Assembly: GCA_963586925.1 (NCBI GenBank)
Contig: CAVAAT010000042.1
Location: forward strand, 22,289-35,275
DNA: 12,987 bases
Direction of reading: 5' to 3'
Source of the DNA: Erysipelotrichaceae bacterium
Lineage (GTDB): Bacteria > Bacillota_I > Bacilli_A > Erysipelotrichales > Erysipelotrichaceae
Part shown: piece after piece, positions 1 through 7,111 of the stretch
How the letters are laid out: every line of letters begins with the position of its first letter
Position numbering within the stretch: the stretch's first letter is position 1
The notes under the pieces: model-generated
What the model saw: the letters and a program-made list of their open reading frames with translations, nothing else
Told to the model about the DNA's origin: nothing
Database searches by the model: none
Made by a program: the position numbers and the translations under genes

Positions 1-252
1 AAGCCGTTAAAGGAGGATATGACTACTGTATTAAGTGAATATAGCCGTGATTCATCATCAGATATTGTTATGATGGCTTTCTCTTTAATTGATGGTAGTG
101 GTTCTTATATTTTAGCAGTTGGCAAAGAAGCTCATAAGTTAGATGAATTATTTGAAAAGAATGGCAAAGAAGAAGATGGCTTTGTCTTCTTAGAAAAAGT
201 CATAAGTCGTAAACAGCAGTTGATACCATTAATATCAACAGCATTAGAATAG
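1..252 (+). CDS. ppaC: C-terminal fragment of a DHH/DHHA2-family protein, probably Mn-dependent (family II) inorganic pyrophosphatase; 5' end lies outside the window
   Basis: Frame 1 is open from nt 1 (KPLKED precedes the Met at 19). The AGGAGG at 11-16 is only 2 nt from ATG 19, too close for a normal SD, so the 77-aa ORF in the track is probably not a complete gene. From memory, the tail DIVMMAFSLIDGSGSYILAVG...FLEKVISRKQQLIPLISTAL resembles the DHHA2 C-terminus of family II PPases (..TDI....S.iL.vG......l.gvvSRKKQvvP.l). Stop TAG at 250-252. Confidence 0.5.
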   Translation, partial: KPLKEDMTTVLSEYSRDSSSDIVMMAFSLIDGSGSYILAVGKEAHKLDELFEKNGKEEDGFVFLEKVISRKQQLIPLISTALE

Positions 253-262
253 GAGTGTTATT

Positions 263-1753
263 ATGAATGAATTATTAAAGAAATATAAAGAGAAGATGTT
301 TGAAATATCAGCAATGCAGTTAGCAGTTGGTACAATCTTCCTAGATCAAGATACTATTGCTCCAATAAAGGGTGATAGTTATCGTAATGAAAGATTAGCT
401 TATTTAAGTGGTGAACTATATTCTTTGACTACTAGTGATGAGTTTTATAACTTATTAAAACAATTAGTTGAATGTGATGATATTGATGAGCAAACAAGAA
501 GGATCATCAATTGGCAGATCATTGATTTAGATAAACAGCGTTGTGTGCCTAAGGATTTTTATGTTGAGATGACTAAGAATCAAATGGAAAGTGGTCAAGC
601 TTGGCAAAAAGCTAAACAAAATGATGATTATTCTTTATTTGAACCATACTTATTAAAGACCATTGAATATAGTAAACAGTTATTAAAGTATCGTGAAGGA
701 AAGCTTAAAGGTTATGATATCTTCTTGGATGATTATGAACCAGGAATGACTATTGAAAAATATGATGCTTTCTTTGAGGGACTAAAGAATGGTATCGTAC
801 CGATCATCAAAAAGATCAATGAGACTAAACAGATAGATGATAGTTTTGTTTATAAACATTATCCAAGAGAAAAACAAGAGATCTTAATGAAAAAGATATT
901 GGAGTATATAGGATTTGATTTTGAAGCTGGTGTATTGTTAGAGTCAGAACATCCATTTACAGATTCTTTAAGCAAATATGATAATCGTATCACTACCCAC
1001 TATTATGAAGATAATCTTATCAGTTCTATTTTCTCAGTTATTCATGAAGCAGGACACGCTAATTACAATTATTCTGTTAGAGAAGATATTGCTGAGACAT
1101 TCTGTTTTAACAACATGAGTAGTGGTATGCATGAATCACAATCTCGTTTATTTGAAAATTATTTAGGTAAGAATCCTCATTTCTGGGATAAGTTATTTAA
1201 GGATATCAAAGAATTATTCCCAGAACAGTTAGAAGCCGTTGATCAAGAAATGTATATCAAAGCGATCAATAAAGCTATCCCTTCGTTAGTAAGAACAGAA
1301 GCTGATGAACTTACTTATCCACTTCATATCGTTATTCGTTATGAGATAGAAAAAGGTATCTTTGATGGTTCTATCGACCCTAAGGACTTAAGAGAAGTTT
1401 GGAATCAAAAATATAAGGAATATTTACAGATCGATGTACCTAATGATAAAGAAGGTATCTTACAAGATATGCATTGGGGAAGTGGTTCATTCGGTTATTT
1501 CCCTACTTATGCTTTAGGTAGTGGCTATGCAGCACAATTTGTTCATGCTATGAGTAAAGATATTGATATTGATGCCACTTTAGCTAACAATGAGTTTTAT
1601 AAGTTAAAAGATTGGTTAAGAGAACATATTCATCAATATGGTGGCTTGTATTCACCACTAGAGCAGATCAAGATCGCTACTGACGAAGACTTTGATCCAC
1701 AATACTATGTTGACTATCTAGTAAATAAATATACTAAACTTTATGAACTATAA
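263..1753 (+). CDS. M32-family (carboxypeptidase Taq type) zinc metallocarboxypeptidase
   Basis: 496-aa ORF. AGGAG lies 8 nt upstream of ATG 263. HExxH zinc motif HEAGH is at nt 1043-1057. Other M32 hallmarks are present: EHPFT, DNRITT, HESQSRLFEN, VRTEADE, GILQDMHWG and GYFPTYALG. Confidence 0.9.
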   Translation: MNELLKKYKEKMFEISAMQLAVGTIFLDQDTIAPIKGDSYRNERLAYLSGELYSLTTSDEFYNLLKQLVECDDIDEQTRRIINWQIIDLDKQRCVPKDFYVEMTKNQMESGQAWQKAKQNDDYSLFEPYLLKTIEYSKQLLKYREGKLKGYDIFLDDYEPGMTIEKYDAFFEGLKNGIVPIIKKINETKQIDDSFVYKHYPREKQEILMKKILEYIGFDFEAGVLLESEHPFTDSLSKYDNRITTHYYEDNLISSIFSVIHEAGHANYNYSVREDIAETFCFNNMSSGMHESQSRLFENYLGKNPHFWDKLFKDIKELFPEQLEAVDQEMYIKAINKAIPSLVRTEADELTYPLHIVIRYEIEKGIFDGSIDPKDLREVWNQKYKEYLQIDVPNDKEGILQDMHWGSGSFGYFPTYALGSGYAAQFVHAMSKDIDIDATLANNEFYKLKDWLREHIHQYGGLYSPLEQIKIATDEDFDPQYYVDYLVNKYTKLYEL

Positions 1754-1772
1754 GATAGAAAGACGGGTATAA

Positions 1773-2537
1773 ATGAATATACATGAATATGGCAAAGATA
1801 ATAAAAAAGTCATAGTATTGTTACATCCAGCTGCTGTTAGATGGGATTTCTTTGAAAAAGTGATCCCTTTACTGGAAAATGAATATCATCTGCTCATACC
1901 AGCAATAGTAGGTTATGATGAACAAAATCCTAAGGATGATTTCATCAGTGTTGAAAGTTTCACTGATGAATTAGCTGATTGGTTAAAAGACCATGATATA
2001 AATACTATCGATCTTCTATATGGTTGCAGCATGGGTGGAGCTCTTGCGATACATACCTTTGCGAAAAGAAAAGTAGAGATCTTAAATGTGATAATTGATG
2101 GTGGCATCACTCCTTATCAATTACCTTGGATCATTACTAGGCTAATCGCTATCAGAGATTTCATCGGCTTGTCTTTAGGAAAAATTTTAGGGAATTCTTT
2201 TGTTACTCTTTTGGGTAAAGCTTTTTCTACTAGTGGCTATGATAAAAAAGATTTAGAGTATATCGTAAATGTCTTGCATAGCATGAGCTATAAGACTATT
2301 TGGAATACTTTTGATTCTTGTGATAATTATTCAATGCCAGAAACCATACCTGAATTTAATGGTACTTTCCAATATTGGTATGGACAAAAAGAGAAGAAAA
2401 ATCGTAAACTTGACATAGAATATGTCAAAAAGACTTTCCCATATGCAACTTTCATTGAAATGAAAGATCTAGGCCACGCGTCAATGGCAACTTTACATCC
2501 TTTAGAAACCGTAGAGAGGTTTAATTCTCTATTGTAA
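1773..2537 (+). CDS. alpha/beta-fold hydrolase (esterase/lipase-like), specific substrate unknown
   Basis: 254-aa ORF. Nucleophile elbow G-x-S-x-G is present as GCSMGG. N-terminal VIVLLHPA resembles an oxyanion strand. C-terminal LGHASM is a candidate catalytic His. Double stop TAATAA. Confidence 0.72.
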   Translation: MNIHEYGKDNKKVIVLLHPAAVRWDFFEKVIPLLENEYHLLIPAIVGYDEQNPKDDFISVESFTDELADWLKDHDINTIDLLYGCSMGGALAIHTFAKRKVEILNVIIDGGITPYQLPWIITRLIAIRDFIGLSLGKILGNSFVTLLGKAFSTSGYDKKDLEYIVNVLHSMSYKTIWNTFDSCDNYSMPETIPEFNGTFQYWYGQKEKKNRKLDIEYVKKTFPYATFIEMKDLGHASMATLHPLETVERFNSLL

Positions 2538-2566
2538 TAAACAATTAAGAATAGGAGGTAATTGTT

Positions 2567-3517
2567 TTGAGAAGAAGAAATATCATTATTGATTGCGACC
2601 CTGGTCATGACGATGCCATCGCATTTTTAGTAGCACTAGCTAATCCTAAGTATTTTAATATACTTGGTATCACTACTATCTGTGGTAATTCTACCTTAGA
2701 GAATACTACGAGAAATGCTTTGCAGTTAGTGGAATTCTTTAATGAAGATATTCCTGTAGCTAGTGGCTATGAGCATCCACTTTTAAGAAAAGTCCAGACA
2801 GCTGCTTTTGTTCATGGTGAAAGTGGCATGGCTGGTCCAGTCTTACCTGAGCCAAAGAAGGCAAAGGATAAGAGACACGCTATTGAGTTTTTAAAGGACA
2901 CTATTTCTCAAAGTGATGAAAAAGTGACTTTGATCACTTTAGGTCCTTTGACTAACATTGGCATTTTCTTAAAGACTTATCCTAAATTAAAAGAGAAGAT
3001 TGATTGCATCGCTTTAATGGGTGGTTCTATCTATGGAGGAAATATCTTAGCAAAAGCAGAGTTTAATATCTTCCAAGACCCAGAAGCAGCTAAGATGGTC
3101 TTTGATAGTGGAGTAAAGATAATAATGGCACCTACTGAAGCATGTGATGAAGGTGGCATCTTGTTTACTGAGGTAGAAGAGTTTAAAAAAGGTGGAAGAA
3201 CATCTAAATTAGCTTATGAACTATTTGACTATTATGGTCAATATTGTGCTAAAAATGGTTGGGACAAGACAGTTATCTATGATATGACACCGATTATCTA
3301 CTTGATGCATCCTGAATACTTTGAAACAGAGCAAATGCGAGTAGATATTGAATGTGGTGGACAATATACTAGAGGAATGACAGTATGTGATTTTAGAGGA
3401 GGAGCTCATATTGGTAAGTGTGCTGATCCTAAGACAGTATTGACTCATACTGATAGAAAAAAGTTTGTTCAAGTATTATTTGATGCTCTAAAATATCTTG
3501 ATGAAAAGTATAACTGA
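2567..3517 (+). CDS. nucleoside hydrolase (IUNH/Rih family, inosine-uridine preferring type)
   Basis: 316-aa ORF with a TTG start preceded by TAGGAGG at 2552-2558. The N-terminal family fingerprint DxDxxxDD is present as IIIDCDPGHDDAIA. The length is typical of the family. Confidence 0.87.
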   Translation: MRRRNIIIDCDPGHDDAIAFLVALANPKYFNILGITTICGNSTLENTTRNALQLVEFFNEDIPVASGYEHPLLRKVQTAAFVHGESGMAGPVLPEPKKAKDKRHAIEFLKDTISQSDEKVTLITLGPLTNIGIFLKTYPKLKEKIDCIALMGGSIYGGNILAKAEFNIFQDPEAAKMVFDSGVKIIMAPTEACDEGGILFTEVEEFKKGGRTSKLAYELFDYYGQYCAKNGWDKTVIYDMTPIIYLMHPEYFETEQMRVDIECGGQYTRGMTVCDFRGGAHIGKCADPKTVLTHTDRKKFVQVLFDALKYLDEKYN

Positions 3518-3541
3518 GAGAGTTTGAAACTCTCTTTTTTC
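3516..3541 (+). terminator. rho-independent terminator after the nucleoside hydrolase gene
   Basis: AGAGAGTT (3517-3524) pairs with AACTCTCT (3528-3535) around a short loop. A T-run follows at 3535-3540. The element overlaps the TGA stop. Confidence 0.7.
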
Positions 3542-3570
3542 TTGCAAGAGTCTTGATTTGATATTATCAT
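3542..3570 (+). promoter_or_regulatory. candidate sigma-A promoter for rnr
   Basis: TTGCAA (3542-3547), 17-nt spacer, TATCAT (3565-3570). An alternative extended -10 is TGaTATTAT at 3559-3567. A strong SD AAAGGAGG at 3584-3591 precedes ATG 3598. Motif-level evidence only. Confidence 0.3.
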
Positions 3571-3597
3571 TTTTATTGGATCAAAGGAGGTCAGAAA

Positions 3598-5682
3598 ATG
3601 GAAGAAAAGATATTAGAGATACTTAGTAAAGGCAAAGATTATTCAGCTTTAGAGATCAGTGAACAGTTGAAATTGGCTGCGAAAGAATATACACAGCTAG
3701 TTAAGACATTAAATAAGCTAATTGATGAAGATAAAGTTTTTTTGAATGAACATGAAAGATATGAGTTGATGACTTCTCAAGATTCATTTAAAGGAGATCT
3801 TATTGTTAAGAGAAATGGTAAGAGCTTTGTGTTATTTAGAGGAGAACTTATTGAAGTAAAAAATGCTTATAAGTTCAATTGCTTAAATAATGATGAGATC
3901 GTTTATCGAGTTAGTGGTCATACCGCAAGTATAGTTAGGGTCATTAAGCATAATCTTGTTTATGTTGTAGGTTTGATAAGAGTTAAAAGAGGTAAGACAT
4001 ATTTTTCTTGTGATGATCCTTCTTTTCCTAAAGGTTATAAGATCATCAATTATGAACAATTTGACTTGAGAGATAATGTTAAAGTCAGATGTTATATTTC
4101 TGATTATCAAAAGAAACAACTAAGAATTGAGAAGGTTTTAGGTTTTGCTTATAGCAGTGAAGTAAGAGAATTGTCTATTTTATATTCTCATGATATTTCA
4201 ACGGAGTTTACTAGTACGTGCTTAAATGAGGCGAAGCTATTTACTGATGATGTCAAAGTTGAAGATCATAAAGATAGACATGATTGTACGGATGAGCTCA
4301 TCATCACTATTGATGGGGATGATGCTAAGGATTTTGATGATGCTATCTCAATTGAGAAAGACAAGGAGAACAACTATATTTTAAAGGTTCATATTGCTGA
4401 TGTTTCTCATTATGTAACTATTAATAGTGCTATTGATAAGGAAGCTTTAAAAAGAGGTACTTCTATCTATTATCCAGGACATGTTATCCCTATGCTACCT
4501 AATGCGTTGTCTGATGAACTATGTAGTTTACAACCTAATAAGAACAGACTTGCTATGACTTGTGAGATGCATTATGATGCTTTAGGAAATATGACTAGTT
4601 ATGATATCTATAAGTCAGTCATTAGATCAAAGTATCGTATGACATATAATAAAGTCAATGCGATCTTTGAAGGAGACGAAAAACTCATTAAGCAATATAG
4701 TGGTATATTAGATATGTTAGCTAATGCTAGGGAATTATCTGATAAATTAAAAGCTAAGAGTGCCGAAAAAGGCAGTATTGATTTTGAAAGTGATGATTGC
4801 GACATCATATTGGATAAACAGGGTAAAGTAGTTGATGTCATGGCAGCTGAAACTGGCTTATCACAAGGCATTATTGAATGTTTTATGATCGAAGCTAATA
4901 AGACAGTGGCAAGTCATATGCGTGTTTTAGAATATCCAATGGTCTATCGTAATCATGATCATCCAAAACCTGAAAAGATCGAAGTTTTCTATAACTTAGT
5001 AGAATCGTTAGGTTATCATTTTAAGGGTAAGAAGGATAATATCTATCCTAAACAATTACAAGATTGTTTAAGCTCATTTAAAGATTCTTTAGAATATCCG
5101 ATCATTTCCACATTCTTGTTGCGTTCAATGGCTAAAGCTAAATATGAGAATGATAGTATTGGTCATTTTGGCTTGGGACTAGAGGATTATTGTCATTTTA
5201 CTTCTCCAATAAGAAGATATCCTGATTTACAAGTTCATAGAATGCTTAAGAAATATGTTATTGATCAACCTGATTATTCTTTAATGGCACAAGATAAGTA
5301 TGATAATGCTCTTATCGCTAAGAAATCTTCTGAAAGAGAAGTGGAAGCTACTAAGATTGAAAGAGATATAACTGATCTGTTAAAGTGTGAATATATGTCC
5401 CACCATGTTAATGAAACATTTATGGGGGTTATCTCTTCTACTACCACATATGGTTTTTATGTTAAGTTAGAAAATACTATTGAAGGTTTAGTTCATATTA
5501 GTACTTTACAAGGATTCTATCAGTTAGCTGATGATGGTTCTTTGACTTGTGAAGAGTTCGATAAGTCTTATAAGATAGGTCAGATAGTTAAAGTGCGTTG
5601 TGTTGATGTTAATTTATTAAGACAAGACATTGATTTTGAACTTGTAAGAGAGAGAAAAAAGAAGAATAAGTCAAATATTTAG
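3598..5682 (+). CDS. rnr: ribonuclease R (3'-5' exoribonuclease, RNB family)
   Basis: 694-aa ORF. It has an N-terminal winged-helix-like segment, a cold-shock-like region and the RNB catalytic motif ITIDGDDAKDFDDAIS. Also present are HFGLG...YCHFTSPIRRYPDL, a C-terminal S1 domain (GVISSTTTYGFYVKLENTIEGLVHIS) and a Lys-rich tail. Confidence 0.92.
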   Translation: MEEKILEILSKGKDYSALEISEQLKLAAKEYTQLVKTLNKLIDEDKVFLNEHERYELMTSQDSFKGDLIVKRNGKSFVLFRGELIEVKNAYKFNCLNNDEIVYRVSGHTASIVRVIKHNLVYVVGLIRVKRGKTYFSCDDPSFPKGYKIINYEQFDLRDNVKVRCYISDYQKKQLRIEKVLGFAYSSEVRELSILYSHDISTEFTSTCLNEAKLFTDDVKVEDHKDRHDCTDELIITIDGDDAKDFDDAISIEKDKENNYILKVHIADVSHYVTINSAIDKEALKRGTSIYYPGHVIPMLPNALSDELCSLQPNKNRLAMTCEMHYDALGNMTSYDIYKSVIRSKYRMTYNKVNAIFEGDEKLIKQYSGILDMLANARELSDKLKAKSAEKGSIDFESDDCDIILDKQGKVVDVMAAETGLSQGIIECFMIEANKTVASHMRVLEYPMVYRNHDHPKPEKIEVFYNLVESLGYHFKGKKDNIYPKQLQDCLSSFKDSLEYPIISTFLLRSMAKAKYENDSIGHFGLGLEDYCHFTSPIRRYPDLQVHRMLKKYVIDQPDYSLMAQDKYDNALIAKKSSEREVEATKIERDITDLLKCEYMSHHVNETFMGVISSTTTYGFYVKLENTIEGLVHISTLQGFYQLADDGSLTCEEFDKSYKIGQIVKVRCVDVNLLRQDIDFELVRERKKKNKSNI

Positions 5683-5708
5683 CACTTTGAATTAAAAAGT
5701 GCTAAAAT
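5681..5708 (+). promoter_or_regulatory. perfect 8-N7-8 inverted repeat overlapping an extended -10 like element; weak terminator and/or operator
   Basis: AGCACTTT (5681-5688), 7-nt spacer, AAAGTGCT (5696-5703), starting inside the rnr stop codon. The right arm runs into TGcTAAAAT (5700-5708), an extended -10 consensus about 30 nt upstream of ATG 5739. The downstream T-run is interrupted (AAAATATCTTTT), so it is not a canonical terminator. Confidence 0.3.
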
Positions 5709-5738
5709 ATCTTTTGTGTGAAGGAAAGAAGGAAGAGT

Positions 5739-7109
5739 ATGAAGACTAAGATTGATATATTCTCTGGCTTTTTAGGAGCTGGCAAGACAACATTAATTAG
5801 AAAATTAATTAAAGAAGCTTATAGTGATCAGAAGATCGTGATCATTGAAAATGAATTTGGAGAGATCGGTATTGATGGAGATTTCTTAAAAGATGCAGGT
5901 ATTGAAATAAAAGAAATGAGCCAAGGTTGTATCTGTTGCTCACTTGTTGGTGACTTTACAACGGCTTTAAAGAAAGTCATTGAGGAAATGCAGCCAGAAA
6001 GGATCATCATCGAACCATCAGGTGTTGGTAAATTATCTGATGTCATTAAAGCTGTACAAAATGTTGATAGTGATGATATTGAATTAAGTAGCTTTACTAC
6101 TATCTGCGATGGTAAGAAAGTTGAAATGTACGCTAAAAACTTTGGTGAATTCTACAATGACCAAATTGAACATGCAAATTGCATTGTTATCAGTAGAAGC
6201 CAAGCATTATCTGAAGAAAAGTTAGATGCTATTGTTAAGATGATCAGGGAAAAGAACTCTGTAGCTACCATCATCACAACTCCTTGGGATGATATCAGTG
6301 GTGAAAAGATCGTTGAGACAATGGAACATAAAGATACATTAAATACAGAACTAGAAAAGTTAAAAGAAGAAGTTGAACATGAGCATCATCATCACGATGA
6401 GGATGAAGATGACGATCATGAGTGTTGTTGCCACCACCATCACGATGAGGATGAAGATGACGATCATGAGTGTTGTTGCCACCATCATCACGATGAAGAT
6501 GAGGATGATGATCATGAGTGTTGTTGCCACCATCATCACGATGAGGATGAAGATGACGATCATGAGTGTTGTTGCCACCACCATCACGATGAGGATGAAG
6601 ATGACGATCATGAGTGTTGTTGCCACCATCATCACGATGAAGATGAAGATGAAGATGACGATCATGAGTGTTGTTGCCACCACCATCACGATGAAGATGA
6701 AGATGATGATCATGAGTGTTGTTGCCATCACCATCACGATGAAGATGAGGATGATGAGCATGAGTGTTGTTGTCACCATCATCACGATGAAGATGAAGAA
6801 CATGAACATCACCACCACCATCATGCTGATGAGATCTTTACTAGTTGGGGAAAAGAAACGAACCACAAGTATAGTAAAGAAGAGATTGCTAATATCTTGA
6901 AACAATTAGATGATCAAGATAAATATGGTATTGTCTTAAGGGCTAAAGGTATTGTTGAAGGTAAAGATGGTAAGTGGATCTATTTTGATTATGTACCTGA
7001 AGAGACCGATATCAGAGATGGCAATGCGATCGCTATGGGTAGATTCTGTGTCATTGGTTCTAAGATGGATCAAGAAGCAATTGAAAAGTTATTTGGTAAT
7101 AAGGAATAG
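5739..7109 (+). CDS. COG0523 / CobW-family G3E GTPase metallochaperone with a giant His/Cys/Asp/Glu repeat linker
   Basis: P-loop GFLGAGKTT at 5766-5792. CxCC metal motif GCICCS (Cys codons 5928-5939). Walker B-like IIIEPSGVG. CobW_C-type tail (GIVLRAKGIV...FCVIGSKMD). I prefer ATG 5739, with AAGGAAG about 6 nt upstream, over the track's GTG 5718, which has no SD. This gives 456 aa. Confidence 0.9.
   Translation: MKTKIDIFSGFLGAGKTTLIRKLIKEAYSDQKIVIIENEFGEIGIDGDFLKDAGIEIKEMSQGCICCSLVGDFTTALKKVIEEMQPERIIIEPSGVGKLSDVIKAVQNVDSDDIELSSFTTICDGKKVEMYAKNFGEFYNDQIEHANCIVISRSQALSEEKLDAIVKMIREKNSVATIITTPWDDISGEKIVETMEHKDTLNTELEKLKEEVEHEHHHHDEDEDDDHECCCHHHHDEDEDDDHECCCHHHHDEDEDDDHECCCHHHHDEDEDDDHECCCHHHHDEDEDDDHECCCHHHHDEDEDEDDDHECCCHHHHDEDEDDDHECCCHHHHDEDEDDEHECCCHHHHDEDEEHEHHHHHHADEIFTSWGKETNHKYSKEEIANILKQLDDQDKYGIVLRAKGIVEGKDGKWIYFDYVPEETDIRDGNAIAMGRFCVIGSKMDQEAIEKLFGNKE
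6384..6824 (+). repeat. in-frame 48-bp tandem repeat, 8 full units plus one partial, each encoding HHHHDEDEDDDHECCC
   Basis: Hand-aligned unit starts are 6384, 6432, 6480, 6528, 6576, 6624 (54 bp, extra GAAGAT), 6678 and 6726. A degenerate ninth unit spans 6774-6824 (HHHHDEDEEHEHHHHHH). Units 2 and 5 are identical over 48 nt. Confidence 0.95.
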
Positions 7110-7111
7110 TT

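Noticed and set aside
2539-2567. 8-bp inverted repeat AAACAATT/AATTGTTT enclosing the SD of the nucleoside hydrolase gene
   Set aside because: The stem is nearly all A/T and thermodynamically weak. The SD lies in the loop and would stay accessible. This is most likely chance in AT-rich DNA rather than a translational switch.
5718-5738. Upstream-extended starts given by the ORF track (GTG 5718, TTG 9200, ATG 11554)
   Set aside because: For 5718 and 11554, an internal ATG has a better-placed SD (5739, 11587). Family N-termini normally begin right at the P-loop or VIVPVYN strand, and the extensions add atypical residues. For 9200, ATG 9245 is preferred only by alignment with the second LicD paralog. 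No SD supports it, so 9200/9245 remains uncertain.
6384-6824. Possible CRISPR array or satellite, because of the regular repeat
   Set aside because: Units are directly abutting with no spacers. The period is a multiple of 3 and in frame with the surrounding gene. No cas genes or leader are present.
6360-6905. 181-aa minus-strand ORF and the 175-aa alternate-frame plus-strand ORF (6373-6900) with periodic hydrophobic sequences (IVMMVATTLM..., MRMKMTIMSVVATT...)
   Set aside because: Both are by-products of the stop-free 48-bp repeat read in other frames. They have no SD and no start context, and they lie wholly inside a CDS whose frame carries clear flanking GTPase and CobW_C homology.
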